Positions 29,924-39,093 of a stretch of 64,000 bases of DNA are shown piece by piece. The notes below the pieces were generated by a model. The model was not told where the DNA came from and did no database searches. It was given only the letters and a program-made list of their open reading frames with translations. The stretch comes from Clostridia bacterium (GTDB lineage Bacteria; Bacillota; Clostridia; Monoglobales; Monoglobaceae): contig JAZRJT010000016.1 in assembly GCA_045645905.1 (NCBI GenBank), positions 784 through 64,783 of the forward strand. Direction: 5' to 3'. Made by a program: the position numbers and the translations under genes. Numbering within the stretch: position 1 is the first letter of the stretch; the number at the start of each line of letters is the position of its first letter.

Positions 29924-30619
29924 ATGGATTGGCTTTTAGACTGGTTTGACACATTATATAACACCTTTATTGTTGCCGAACGCTATAAAACATTGATCGA
30001 AGGCTTTGGCAAAACAATACTTATAACCGTGGGTGCTCTTTTAATCGGTATAGTTATCGGAACTATAGTTGCCATTATTAAGGTTTTTGCTGACCGCAAT
30101 AAAAAGCTTAAAATCTTTGATATGCTGTGCAATCTATACCTTACCGTTATTCGTGGAACACCTGTGGTTGTTCAGCTTCTTATCTCCTTCTTTATTATTT
30201 TTGTAAATTCAAAAGACGGAACATGGGTTGCAATCATTACCTTTGGTGTAAACTCAGGCGCATATGTTGCCGAAGTTATTCGTTCGGGTATTATGGCAAT
30301 TGATTCGGGGCAGACCGAAGCCGGACGCTCGCTTGGTTTTTCAAAGGTTCAGACTATGTGGCTTATTATTCTACCTCAGGCATTCAAAAACATTCTTCCT
30401 GCAATAGGAAACGAAATGATAGCTCTGCTGAAAGAGACTTCTGTTGCCGGTTATGTTGCTGTTGTTGAACTTACAAAAGCAGGTAATCAGATTAAAAATA
30501 CTACATATGACCAAATCAACCCCATATTACTGGTAGCCGTTGTTTACCTCATTATGGTTGTAGGTCTTACTAAACTCCTTAATATATTTGAAAGGAGACT
30601 GAGAATCAATGAAAGATAA
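29924..30619 (+). CDS. polar amino acid ABC transporter permease
   Basis: 231 aa, HisM/GlnP type, with the EAA-loop region [28 protein letters not shown]. Confidence 0.9.
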   Translation: MDWLLDWFDTLYNTFIVAERYKTLIEGFGKTILITVGALLIGIVIGTIVAIIKVFADRNKKLKIFDMLCNLYLTVIRGTPVVVQLLISFFIIFVNSKDGTWVAIITFGVNSGAYVAEVIRSGIMAIDSGQTEAGRSLGFSKVQTMWLIILPQAFKNILPAIGNEMIALLKETSVAGYVAVVELTKAGNQIKNTTYDQINPILLVAVVYLIMVVGLTKLLNIFERRLRINER

Positions 30620-31352
30620 TCTTCTTATTTCAACAACTGACCTTTGTAAATATTATAACAATGGAAAAATCAAGGCTTTGGACGGTGTTACCGCAACCAT
30701 CAAAAAAGGTGAGGTGGTGGTTATTATCGGACCTTCCGGCTCGGGAAAATCAACATACTTGCGTTCTCTTAACATTTTGGAGCTTCCCACTTCAGGAACA
30801 ATCATTTTTGAGGGCACAGACATAGCCGACCCTAAAACCAACATTAATCTTCACAGACAAAAGATGGGAATGGTTTTTCAGCAGTTTAACCTCTTCCCTC
30901 ATATGACTGTTCTTAAGAATTTAACCATTGCTCCTATGAAGCTTCTTAAAATGGACAAGCAGACTGCAGATGAAAAAGCAATGGCTCTTTTAAACCGTGT
31001 AGGCCTTGCCGATCGTGCAGATGCATATCCCGCTCAGCTTTCGGGTGGTCAGAAACAGCGTGTGGCAATTGTACGTGCTCTTATGATGAACCCCGATGTT
31101 ATGCTCTTTGACGAACCCACCTCCGCCCTTGACCCCGAAATGGTAGGCGAGGTTCTTGATGTTATGAAGGAGCTTGCAAAAGAGGGAATGACAATGGTTG
31201 TGGTGACTCACGAAATGGGCTTTGCCCGCGAGGTTGCCGACCGTGTAATCTTTATGAGCGACGGCAAAATTATTGAAGAAGGAACTCCCGACGAAATATT
31301 TACAAACCCTCAGGACCCAAGAACTCAGCAGTTCCTGCATAGTATTTTATAA
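30609..31352 (+). CDS. polar amino acid ABC transporter ATP-binding protein (GlnQ-like)
   Basis: 247 aa. It has Walker [10 protein letters not shown], the signature [11 protein letters not shown], and Walker [12 protein letters not shown]. Confidence 0.93.
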   Translation: MKDNLLISTTDLCKYYNNGKIKALDGVTATIKKGEVVVIIGPSGSGKSTYLRSLNILELPTSGTIIFEGTDIADPKTNINLHRQKMGMVFQQFNLFPHMTVLKNLTIAPMKLLKMDKQTADEKAMALLNRVGLADRADAYPAQLSGGQKQRVAIVRALMMNPDVMLFDEPTSALDPEMVGEVLDVMKELAKEGMTMVVVTHEMGFAREVADRVIFMSDGKIIEEGTPDEIFTNPQDPRTQQFLHSIL

Positions 31353-31356
31353 AGTT

Positions 31357-31382
31357 AAAGACCGATTTTTTCGGTCTTTTTC
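31357..31382 (+). terminator. intrinsic terminator of the ABC operon
   Basis: AAAGACCGA-TTTTT-TCGGTCTTTTTC. Confidence 0.75.
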
Positions 31383-31441
31383 TATTGCTTTTTTTATTAA
31401 ATGGTGTTATACTTATTTTGGAAAGCAGAGAGGGGATTTTT

Positions 31442-32206
31442 ATGGTACTTACAATAGATATCGGCAACACAAATATTGTTCTTGGCGGGTTTGTCAATGA
31501 CAAACTGAACTTTGTTGCACGTATTGCAACAAATGCCAACAAAACTGAAGACGAATACGCAACCAAAATACGCAGTATTCTTGCCATTCATAATGTGGAT
31601 AAGTCCGTTATTGAAGGGGCTATAATTTCTTCTGTTGTTCCCCCTCTTAATTCGGTAATGAAAAAAGCAATTCAATTTGTTTATGGTGTTGACCCCGTTA
31701 TGGTTGGCCCCGGAATAAAAACCGGTATAAAAATTCATTGCGATAATCCTGCCAGCGTGGGCGCAGACCTGATTTCTGCCTGTGTTGCGGCACATCATAT
31801 ATATGGCAGTCCATCATTAGTTATTGATATGGGAACTGCAACGAAAATTATGGTTATTGACGAAACCGGCGCCTTTATCGGCGTTTCCATTGCTCCAGGT
31901 GTCGGCATGGGATTAAAAGCTCTTTCAAGCGGAACTGCTCAGCTTCCGCAGATAGGTCTTGAGGCTCCGAAATCTGTTATTGGAAAGAACACTGTTGATT
32001 GTATGAAATCAGGTGTTGTGTTTGGCAACGCCTGCCTTATAGACGGTATGATTGACCGTTTCAACAACGAAATGGGCGCAGAGCTCCCTGTTTATGCAAC
32101 AGGAGGTCTTGCCTCTACCATCATCCCTCATTGTAACCATCAAATTACTCTTGACGATGATTTGCTTCTTAAAGGGCTTAACATTTTATATAAGAAAAAC
32201 AATTAA
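31442..32206 (+). CDS. coaX: type III pantothenate kinase
   Basis: The ORF track starts at 31385. The ATG at 31442 gives MVLTIDIGNTNIVLGG, the canonical CoaX N-terminus, with GAGAGGGGA upstream. Later motifs are GADLISACVAA and IDMGTATK. Confidence 0.9.
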   Translation: MVLTIDIGNTNIVLGGFVNDKLNFVARIATNANKTEDEYATKIRSILAIHNVDKSVIEGAIISSVVPPLNSVMKKAIQFVYGVDPVMVGPGIKTGIKIHCDNPASVGADLISACVAAHHIYGSPSLVIDMGTATKIMVIDETGAFIGVSIAPGVGMGLKALSSGTAQLPQIGLEAPKSVIGKNTVDCMKSGVVFGNACLIDGMIDRFNNEMGAELPVYATGGLASTIIPHCNHQITLDDDLLLKGLNILYKKNN

Positions 32207-32302
32207 ATATTTGTGGATATATTGCTTCGTTTCACGCGAAGTTATATATAAAATTTATGCGTTGTATCGCAAAGTTGCGAACGACAGCAAGGAGGAATTT
32301 TT

Positions 32303-32863
32303 ATGAAAACACAAAAGAAAAAGATGTCAACCGAGACCCTGGTTCTTGGCGCCGTGCTTACTGCATTGGTAATTGTTCTTCAATACCTCAGTATGGCTAT
32401 ACGCTTTGGAACATTCTCAATCACACTATCCCTTACGCCCATTGTAATCGGCGCTGTTACCTGCGGTATGGGAATGGGTTCATGGCTTGGATTGGTATTT
32501 GGTGTAACCGTTCTTTTGACAGGTGACGCAGCTCCATTCTGGGCTGTTAATGCCGGAGGAACATTTGTTACCGTCATTGCCAAAGGTGTTGCTTGTGGAT
32601 TTTTCCCGGCTATGGTTTTCAAGATGCTGAAAAAGGCTAATCAGACATTGGCATCTGCTGTTGCGGCAATTATCAGTCCTATTGCAAACACAGGCGTATT
32701 TCTACTTGGCTGCATAATATTTTTTATTCCTACCCTAATTGAGTGGTACGGAAATGTTACGGCCTTTCTTGTAACCATTTTTAGCTTTAACTTTCTTATT
32801 GAAATGGTACTTAATATTGTTTTAACCCCAGTAATTATAAGATTAATAAAAATAAAAAAATAA
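32303..32863 (+). CDS. ECF-transporter substrate-specific (S) component, vitamin specificity unknown
   Basis: 186 aa with 5-6 TM segments, a size and topology typical of ECF S components. RBS AAGGAGGAA. It is adjacent to coaX. Confidence 0.65.
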   Translation: MKTQKKKMSTETLVLGAVLTALVIVLQYLSMAIRFGTFSITLSLTPIVIGAVTCGMGMGSWLGLVFGVTVLLTGDAAPFWAVNAGGTFVTVIAKGVACGFFPAMVFKMLKKANQTLASAVAAIISPIANTGVFLLGCIIFFIPTLIEWYGNVTAFLVTIFSFNFLIEMVLNIVLTPVIIRLIKIKK

Positions 32864-32873
32864 GGAATAGAAT

Positions 32874-33572
32874 ATGTCAAACTCATTCAGCAGAACAGAA
32901 ATGCTTTTGGGAAAAGAAAATATGAATAAACTAAAAACCGCACACGTTGCGGTTTTTGGTCTTGGTGGAGTTGGCGGACACGTATGTGAAGCTCTGGCAA
33001 GATGCGGAATAGGCAAATTTACACTGTTTGACAACGATACAATTGCCGAGTCTAACCTCAACCGCCAGATTATTGCAACAACCGAAACTATCGGTATGTC
33101 TAAATGCGATGCAATGAAACGCCGTATTTTATCAATAAACCCCAACGCCAAGGTGTTTGCCAATCAAGTATTTTACCTGCCCGAAAACGCAGATGATTTT
33201 CCTCTTGACAGCTTTGATTATATTGTAGATGCAATCGACACAGTAAGTGCCAAGATTGAGCTTACTGTCCGTGCAGAAAAGGACAGAATACCCATAATAA
33301 GTTCAATGGGAACAGGCAACAAGCTGGACCCCACACAATTCAAAGTATCAGACATATATAAAACCTCTGTTTGTCCTCTGGCAAGGGTAATGCGGCGTGA
33401 GTTAAAACTCAGGGGCGTTAAATCTCTTAAGGTTGTATACTCCGAGGAAATGCCCCTTAAACCCAAGGCTTCGGAAGACGGAAAAAGAACTCCAGGCAGT
33501 ACCTCCTTTGTCCCCTCTGTTGCAGGACTTATAACAGCATCCGAGGTTGTAAAAGATTTAATAAACAAATAA
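32874..33572 (+). CDS. tcdA: tRNA threonylcarbamoyladenosine dehydratase (ThiF/MoeB-family, TcdA/YrvM-type)
   Basis: 232 aa: FSRTEMLLGKENMNKLKTAHVAVFGLGGVGGHVCEALARCGIGKFTLFDNDTIAESNLNRQ. Confidence 0.85.
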   Translation: MSNSFSRTEMLLGKENMNKLKTAHVAVFGLGGVGGHVCEALARCGIGKFTLFDNDTIAESNLNRQIIATTETIGMSKCDAMKRRILSINPNAKVFANQVFYLPENADDFPLDSFDYIVDAIDTVSAKIELTVRAEKDRIPIISSMGTGNKLDPTQFKVSDIYKTSVCPLARVMRRELKLRGVKSLKVVYSEEMPLKPKASEDGKRTPGSTSFVPSVAGLITASEVVKDLINK

Positions 33573-33842
33573 AAAAAGTGGCTTTAGGCATCTTCGCATA
33601 GGGATAAACCAACTTGAAACTTTGTATTTTGGCGCCGTACTGCAGAAAAAGCCTCGCCAAGCCATACAGGATTGGCTACGTTTTTTATTTGTTCGACATC
33701 CAAAATACTGTGTTTCAAGCAGAAAAACTGTTTGGATAAACAAAGTAAACCCTTGCAGCATTTAGTGCTGCAAGGGTTTTGAACTTATTCTGAAATCCAA
33801 ATTGATTTCTCCCTATGTGAAGACGCCTTTCGCCACTTTTTT
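33572..33842. repeat. structured intergenic element bounded by 33-nt imperfect inverted repeats (MITE-like element or structured RNA)
   Basis: AAAAAAGTGGCTTTAGGCATCTTCGCATAGGGA (33572..33604) pairs with the reverse complement of 33810..33842 (28/33). A nested inverted repeat pairs 33613..33632 with 33700..33719. Further hairpins lie at 33747..33780 and 33792..33809. The element fills the whole gap between two converging stop codons. Confidence 0.7.
33747..33780. terminator. bidirectional terminator hairpin inside the structured element
   Basis: AAACCCTTGCAGCA-TTTAG-TGCTGCAAGGGTTTT is a 14-bp perfect stem. A T-run follows on the plus strand, and a T-rich tract follows on the minus strand. Confidence 0.75.
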
Positions 33843-34317
33843 AGTTATTTAAAATTGCATCTTCCACCATTTTCAGCGCCGTCTGTGCCGTACTTTCGCG
33901 CACCTGCTGACGGTTACCTTCAAATAAAAATTTTTCTGCTTTACACAAATTATCTCCGCAAATGCCAATCCACACAGTTCCTACCGGCTTTTCGGGAGTG
34001 CCGCCACCGGGGCCTGCAATACCTGTCACCGATATTCCAAAGTCGGCACCGCTAAGTGCTTGTACACCCATGCACATTTCAAGAGCAGTCTGCTGAGACA
34101 CAGCACCAAACTTTTCAAGGGTATCTATTGATACACCCAATAACTTCTGTTTTTGCTCGTTTGAATAAGTAACAACACCGCAATCAAAGCATTCAGACGC
34201 ACCTGCAACAGACGTAATTTTTTGTGCAATAAGCCCACCTGTACAGCTTTCTGCGGTAGCAAGCTTCATCCCGTGTTTTATCAGCAATTCAACAACCGTT
34301 TCCTGAATATTTTTCAT
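33841..34317 (-). CDS. CinA-family C-terminal domain protein (nicotinamide-nucleotide amidase PncC-like)
   Basis: 158 aa. Motifs: ATAESCTGGLIAQKITSVAGASECF and VTGIAGPGGG. Confidence 0.85.
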   Translation of the reverse strand: MKNIQETVVELLIKHGMKLATAESCTGGLIAQKITSVAGASECFDCGVVTYSNEQKQKLLGVSIDTLEKFGAVSQQTALEMCMGVQALSGADFGISVTGIAGPGGGTPEKPVGTVWIGICGDNLCKAEKFLFEGNRQQVRESTAQTALKMVEDAILNN

Positions 34318-35492
34318 TATTTAATCACCAGAATTTCTTCTTCGGCAATAGCCTCATCAAGAGCCGCCTCAATGTCACCAAGTGCTTTTTCTGACTCTAT
34401 GATTTCAGCAAGCTGTGGCTTGGTTTTGGGATGCTTTGGTACAAATATTGTACAGCAATCCTCGTACGGAAGAATTGACGTCTCGTATGTGCCGATTTTC
34501 TTTGAAATTGTCACTATTTCCTCTTTGTCCATACCTATACAAGGTCTGAATACCGGCTGATTTACAGCATTATCTGTGCAAACAAGACTTTCCATCGTCT
34601 GGCTTGCCACCTGACCTATACTCTCACCTGTAATAAGTGCCGCAGAGCCTTCTCTTGCGGAAATTTTTTCAGCAATACGCATCATAAGTCTGCGCATAAT
34701 AACCGTCAGATAGTTTTCTGGACATTTTTCGATTATATCAAGCTGAATTTTTGTAAAAGGAACAACATGAAGTCTTATTTTGCCGCAGTATTTTGACATC
34801 TGCTTTGCAAGGTCAATTACCTTTTCCTTCGCTCTGTCACTAGTGTAGGGATGACTGTGAAAATGTACCGCCTCAAGCTCTACTCCACGCTTTGCAATCA
34901 TATATCCTGCCACAGGGCTGTCAATGCCGCCCGACAAAAGTATTGTCGCCTTTCCGTTTGTGCCAATCGGCATACCGCCTGCACCTTTGATTTTCTTTGT
35001 ATAAATGTACGCTTCCTGTCTTACTTCAACATTCACCGTTATATCAGGCTTGTGAACGTCAACAGAAATATCCCTTACCGCCTCAAGTATCTTGCCACCA
35101 AGCTGCATACAAATCTGGGGTGAGTTAAGAGGGAACTTTTTATCTTCACGCTTTGCCTCAACCTTAAATGTTTTTTCGGTTGTTCGCATGGCATTTACAC
35201 ATTCAATTGCGGCTTTGGCAATGCTTTCCATATCCTTTTCGCACTTCATAACAGGGCAGATATTTACAATGCCAAAAACCTGAGTGAGGCTTTCAACTGC
35301 CTCGTTCATATCAATACCATCTTCAAGGGGCTCAACATAAATTGTTGACTGCGCCTTTTTCACGCTAAACCTGCCAATCTTTTCGAGACGGCTTTTTATA
35401 TTATTTAACAATTTGCCCTCAAAAAGGGGCTTGTTAAGCCCCTTAAGAGCAATTTCACCGTATTTCAAAAGTATCAAATCTATCTTTTGCAT
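34317..35492 (-). CDS. thiI: tRNA 4-thiouridine(8) synthase
   Basis: 391 aa. It has a THUMP N-terminal region and the PP-loop LLSGGIDSPVAGY. Confidence 0.92.
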   Translation of the reverse strand: MQKIDLILLKYGEIALKGLNKPLFEGKLLNNIKSRLEKIGRFSVKKAQSTIYVEPLEDGIDMNEAVESLTQVFGIVNICPVMKCEKDMESIAKAAIECVNAMRTTEKTFKVEAKREDKKFPLNSPQICMQLGGKILEAVRDISVDVHKPDITVNVEVRQEAYIYTKKIKGAGGMPIGTNGKATILLSGGIDSPVAGYMIAKRGVELEAVHFHSHPYTSDRAKEKVIDLAKQMSKYCGKIRLHVVPFTKIQLDIIEKCPENYLTVIMRRLMMRIAEKISAREGSAALITGESIGQVASQTMESLVCTDNAVNQPVFRPCIGMDKEEIVTISKKIGTYETSILPYEDCCTIFVPKHPKTKPQLAEIIESEKALGDIEAALDEAIAEEEILVIK

Positions 35493-35502
35493 TGATTTTC
35501 TC

Positions 35503-36735
35503 CTATCTTTTAAGCAGCTTTCTTATTTTCTTTACGTTTTCAACAACCTTCTCGATTGTATAATCAATTTCCTCGGTCGTTGTGAATTCAGACAGACTGA
35601 ATCTTATGCTTCCGTCAATCATTTTTTTGTCTGTGCCTATTGCTGTCAGCACATAACTTGGGCCTTTTTTGTGGCTTGAACAAGCCGATCCTGATGAAAC
35701 ATAAATTCCTTCAGCCTCAAGAGAATGAAGTAAAACCTCTGACTTTATATACCCAAACGAAATATTTAAAATATGCGGAGCCGCACCCTCTGCAGGGGTA
35801 TTCACCACTACATCATCAAGACGGCTTGCGATTCCGTCACGCAAACGGTTTTTCAAAGAATTCATTCTTTCAGCCTTTTCGGCTATTCCGTCACAGCTCA
35901 TTTTTGCCGCAAGACCAAAGCCCGCAATTCCCGGCACATTTTCTGTGCCCGGACGAATATTATCCTGCTGACCGCCACCATATATAATGGGCGAGAGTTT
36001 ACTCTTATTTTTTACATACAAAGCTCCCACACCTTTGGGCCCATGAACCTTATGACTGCTGAGAGCAATAAAATCAGCCCCCGTTTGAGCTGCGCTGAAA
36101 GGAATTTTGCCATATGCCTGAACAGCGTCAATATGAAAGGCTGTATAGGGGTTTTCTGATTTAATAATTTTCCCAAGCTTTTCAACGGGCTGGATAGTTC
36201 CAATTTCATTATTGACGTACATACACGATACAAGTGCGGTGTCTTTTCTTATCATTCTTGTCAACTTTTCGGCGTCAATGACACCATTTTTTGAAACGGG
36301 CATAAGTTCAACCATATAGCCCCGTTTTTCAAGATGCTGCAAGGTGTTAAGAACAGCAGGATGCTCGATATTTGTGCTGATAATATGCTTACCGCGACTC
36401 GCACGGCAGGCACCCAGTATTGCCAGATTATCTGATTCCGTTCCACCCGAGGTAAAATATATGTCACTCGGAGCAACTTTTAGCGTGTCTGCAATCTGTT
36501 CTCTTGCATTTTTAACTATTTTTTCCGCTTCGATACCTTTTCGATGCAATGAGGAGGGATTTCCATATGAATTATACATAACATCCGCCACAAGTTCGGC
36601 ACTCTCTTTGTACGCCCGTGTTGTGGAACTGTTATCCAGATAAACATTCATTGATTGTCTCATCGCCTTTCTTTCCGCATCTTTACTGAAAATAACGCTT
36701 ATCAGCGGAACCGGATAAGCGTATTTTAAAGACAT
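35503..36735 (-). CDS. cysteine desulfurase (NifS/IscS class), partner of ThiI
   Basis: The PLP lysine lies in SSHKVHGPKG and the catalytic Cys loop is SSGSACSS. The start is uncertain: homology begins at MNVYLDNSSTT (ATG 36651), with an alternative ATG at 36663. Confidence 0.88.
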   Translation of the reverse strand: MSLKYAYPVPLISVIFSKDAERKAMRQSMNVYLDNSSTTRAYKESAELVADVMYNSYGNPSSLHRKGIEAEKIVKNAREQIADTLKVAPSDIYFTSGGTESDNLAILGACRASRGKHIISTNIEHPAVLNTLQHLEKRGYMVELMPVSKNGVIDAEKLTRMIRKDTALVSCMYVNNEIGTIQPVEKLGKIIKSENPYTAFHIDAVQAYGKIPFSAAQTGADFIALSSHKVHGPKGVGALYVKNKSKLSPIIYGGGQQDNIRPGTENVPGIAGFGLAAKMSCDGIAEKAERMNSLKNRLRDGIASRLDDVVVNTPAEGAAPHILNISFGYIKSEVLLHSLEAEGIYVSSGSACSSHKKGPSYVLTAIGTDKKMIDGSIRFSLSEFTTTEEIDYTIEKVVENVKKIRKLLKR

Positions 36736-36790
36736 TAATAAAAATATCTCTTATCTATATTATGTGTTAATTTGTGTATTTGTGATTTAA

Positions 36791-37366
36791 TTATTCTGAA
36801 ATAGATTCAACAATGTGTATTGGGATATCACGGTCTGTATCGCTGAAGGTTTCAAGTGCAGAACCTGTCTGGGCATAGTCCATTGCAGAACCGATATATG
36901 AACTGCTGTTTTCAGTCATACGTTCAACCTCGCGAAGTTGTCTTTCAAAATTTTGGATAGCATCAAGAGAAGCTCTACGCATACGCTCAACCTCACTTTT
37001 TATCTGGTCAATCTTTTTGTTTTCATTGGCGTAATAGTTCTTGATAGCCTTGCGCTTTATCTCTATCTCGCGATTAACATTGCTCTTTTTCTCCTGAATT
37101 TCACGCTCGGTATCCTCGCGCATTGCATCTGCTTTGCTTTGGGCATCAGAAACAATCTCCTTAGCCTTTTCATCAGCCAGCTTAAGGGCATTGATAACGG
37201 CACTGCGTTCAGCCTCAAGCTCTGCAATCTTAGCTTTGAGTTCATCAATCTGTTTATCTTTTTCAGCAAGCTGTTCTGCAGCCTTCTCGTCTATCTCGGT
37301 AATGAATGCGAACACATCTTTCTTTTTAAAGCCGAATAATCTTCTTCTTAATCTCTTCACAAACAT
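36791..37366 (-). CDS. DivIVA-domain coiled-coil protein
   Basis: Start MFVKRL at 37366, with GGAGG 8 nt upstream. FGFKKKDVFAFITEID matches the DivIVA N-terminal motif, and a long heptad-rich region follows. Confidence 0.7.
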   Translation of the reverse strand: MFVKRLRRRLFGFKKKDVFAFITEIDEKAAEQLAEKDKQIDELKAKIAELEAERSAVINALKLADEKAKEIVSDAQSKADAMREDTEREIQEKKSNVNREIEIKRKAIKNYYANENKKIDQIKSEVERMRRASLDAIQNFERQLREVERMTENSSSYIGSAMDYAQTGSALETFSDTDRDIPIHIVESISE

Positions 37367-37590
37367 ACACAATACCTCCAAAACAACACAAAAATACTAT
37401 TTTACTTATTAATTATATAACATTTTACAGCAATAGTCAACAAAAAAAATTAAAAAAGCCCTATGGTTTCGCAATACAGCAACCCCACAAGGCTAACGAC
37501 GATAATTTTTCATATTTATTTTACGCTTTCTTCTTTTCGTAACACTTTTTTATTAAAAAACATATACTCCTAACAAAGGAGGCAACTTTT

Positions 37591-37944
37591 ATGCTAGGTT
37601 TAATTATATCCGTAATACTTTTTTGCTTTATTGTCTGGGGGATACCCATTATCTTTCTTAAAAAGGCATCGACTCCTCCACCTTCTAAACACGGATTCTG
37701 TAACTCTCATTTTGTAATTACTGCAAAAAATGCTGAGGATTCAATTGAAGGTATAATACGCTCATTTGTGTGGCAAATATCAAACTTATCAGATAATTCT
37801 GCTTTGCCCGAAGACATATTTGTCCTTGACTTGAATTCTACAGACCAAACATTTTTAATCATAGAAAAACTTGCAAAAGAATATCCCTGTATTCACCCGG
37901 TAAGCAAGGCAGATTACATAGCCAATATCAAAAATATAGAATAA
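37591..37944 (+). CDS. hypothetical membrane-anchored protein (weak resemblance to the N-terminal segment of GT-A/GT2 glycosyltransferases)
   Basis: 117 aa with a strong RBS (AAAGGAGG) and an N-terminal TM segment. The FVITAKNAEDSIEGIIRS...FVLDLNSTDQTF pattern resembles a GT2 N-terminus, but the protein is too short to be catalytic. Confidence 0.5.
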   Translation: MLGLIISVILFCFIVWGIPIIFLKKASTPPPSKHGFCNSHFVITAKNAEDSIEGIIRSFVWQISNLSDNSALPEDIFVLDLNSTDQTFLIIEKLAKEYPCIHPVSKADYIANIKNIE

Positions 37945-37951
37945 ACCACTG

Positions 37952-38182
37952 CTATATAAGCATCGTTAACACAAGAGCACCTGTAATATCTCCGTTTCCG
38001 GCAATAACGCTGATAAAAAACGTAGATACTATAAACATAAACTTAAAAAATCTCTTTTTGTTAAATCTGTATTTTGCCTTTGTCATAAAAAACATCCTTT
38101 CCAAACTCGAAACTTGTATCGCTTTTTGTTTCGTTTTTCTTAACTTTTTACTCATAATAACACATTTTTGTTTCGTTGTCAA
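37952..38182 (-). CDS. possible small basic/hydrophobic membrane peptide (doubtful ORF)
   Basis: 76-aa ORF divergent from the XRE/S24 gene. It has a basic N-terminus and a hydrophobic tail (FFKFMFIVSTFFISVIAGNGDITGALVLTMLI). No clear RBS is visible and the region is AT-rich. Confidence 0.25.
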   Translation of the reverse strand: MTTKQKCVIMSKKLRKTKQKAIQVSSLERMFFMTKAKYRFNKKRFFKFMFIVSTFFISVIAGNGDITGALVLTMLI

Positions 38183-38234
38183 TAACTTTATTAAAAATAT
38201 TTTTCAAAAAGTTTCGAATTTAGAAATATTTTTC

Positions 38235-38263
38235 TTGATTTTTTATAAAAATTATGTTAAAAT
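38235..38263 (+). promoter_or_regulatory. sigma-A promoter of the XRE/S24 repressor gene
   Basis: TTGATT, 17 nt, TAAAAT. Confidence 0.55.
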
Positions 38264-38303
38264 GAGAATATAGCAAAGGATTATACGCAAGGAGATTTAT
38301 ATA

Positions 38304-38957
38304 ATGTATACTTTTGGAGATAAATTAAAGAAATGCAGAAAGGCAAAAAACCTTACACTTGAAGAACTTGCTGCAAAATATAACAGACGTTTTGACGGCG
38401 GTATGAGCAAAGGCACTCTGTCGAAATACGAAAATAACAAACAAGAGCCTCTGGTAAGTGTTGTCACCAACCTTACCGAGCTTCTGGATGTTTCTTCAGA
38501 TTATTTGTTGGGACGTTCTGATAACCCAAATCTTGATTTTAACTCACCTGCTGAACAAAACGACAACATCTATCAAATCCCTGTTTACAACAGTGTATCA
38601 GCAGGTCTTGGCAGACTTGCTGACAGCACTCCCGATGATTTTGTTCCCACCTTCCTCCCATACGGTGCTAATCCCGAAAAATATATCAGGGTCAATGTAT
38701 CAGGCCACAGTATGTCTCCCCTTATTGATGATGGCAGTCAAATTCTTGTCCGACTTCAATCCTCGGTTGACAATGGTGCAATCGCTGTTGTTATGGTTGA
38801 CGGCGAAGATGCCTTTGTTAAAAAGCTTAACTATGGCCGAGGTTGGATTGAGCTGGAATCAATAAATCCCTATTACCCTGCACGACGCTTTGAAAATGCC
38901 GAAACTTCAAGAGTATCAATTTTAGGGCTTGTTAAAGAGGTTACTAAATATTTATAG
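38304..38957 (+). CDS. XRE-family HTH plus S24 peptidase (LexA/CI-like self-cleaving repressor)
   Basis: 217 aa. The HTH_3 N-terminus is FGDKLKKCRKAKNLTLEELAAK...GTLSKYENNKQEP. A candidate Ala-Gly cleavage site lies in SVSAGLG. The catalytic Ser is in VSGHSMSP and the catalytic Lys is in AFVKKL. Confidence 0.85.
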   Translation: MYTFGDKLKKCRKAKNLTLEELAAKYNRRFDGGMSKGTLSKYENNKQEPLVSVVTNLTELLDVSSDYLLGRSDNPNLDFNSPAEQNDNIYQIPVYNSVSAGLGRLADSTPDDFVPTFLPYGANPEKYIRVNVSGHSMSPLIDDGSQILVRLQSSVDNGAIAVVMVDGEDAFVKKLNYGRGWIELESINPYYPARRFENAETSRVSILGLVKEVTKYL

Positions 38958-38984
38958 TTTTATCGTAAAATATTGCAAATTTAC

Positions 38985-39007
38985 AAGCCCCTCTAAATAC
39001 GGGGCTT
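38985..39007. terminator. hairpin between converging genes
   Basis: AAGCCCC-TCTAAATAC-GGGGCTT, followed by TAATTCTTT. Confidence 0.55.
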
Positions 39008-39093
39008 TAATTCTTTATAAATTATAATATTTATCAATTATTGTAAAGCTTTTAACACCAAATGCCTCATTAGTCAATTTTACTATAGCAAAT

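Noticed and set aside
32207-32302. A vitamin riboswitch (THF or other) upstream of the ECF S-component gene.
   Set aside because: Only 96 nt are available, and they hold one short hairpin (CTTCG...CGAAG). I saw no conserved riboswitch core. A covariance-model scan would be needed to be certain.
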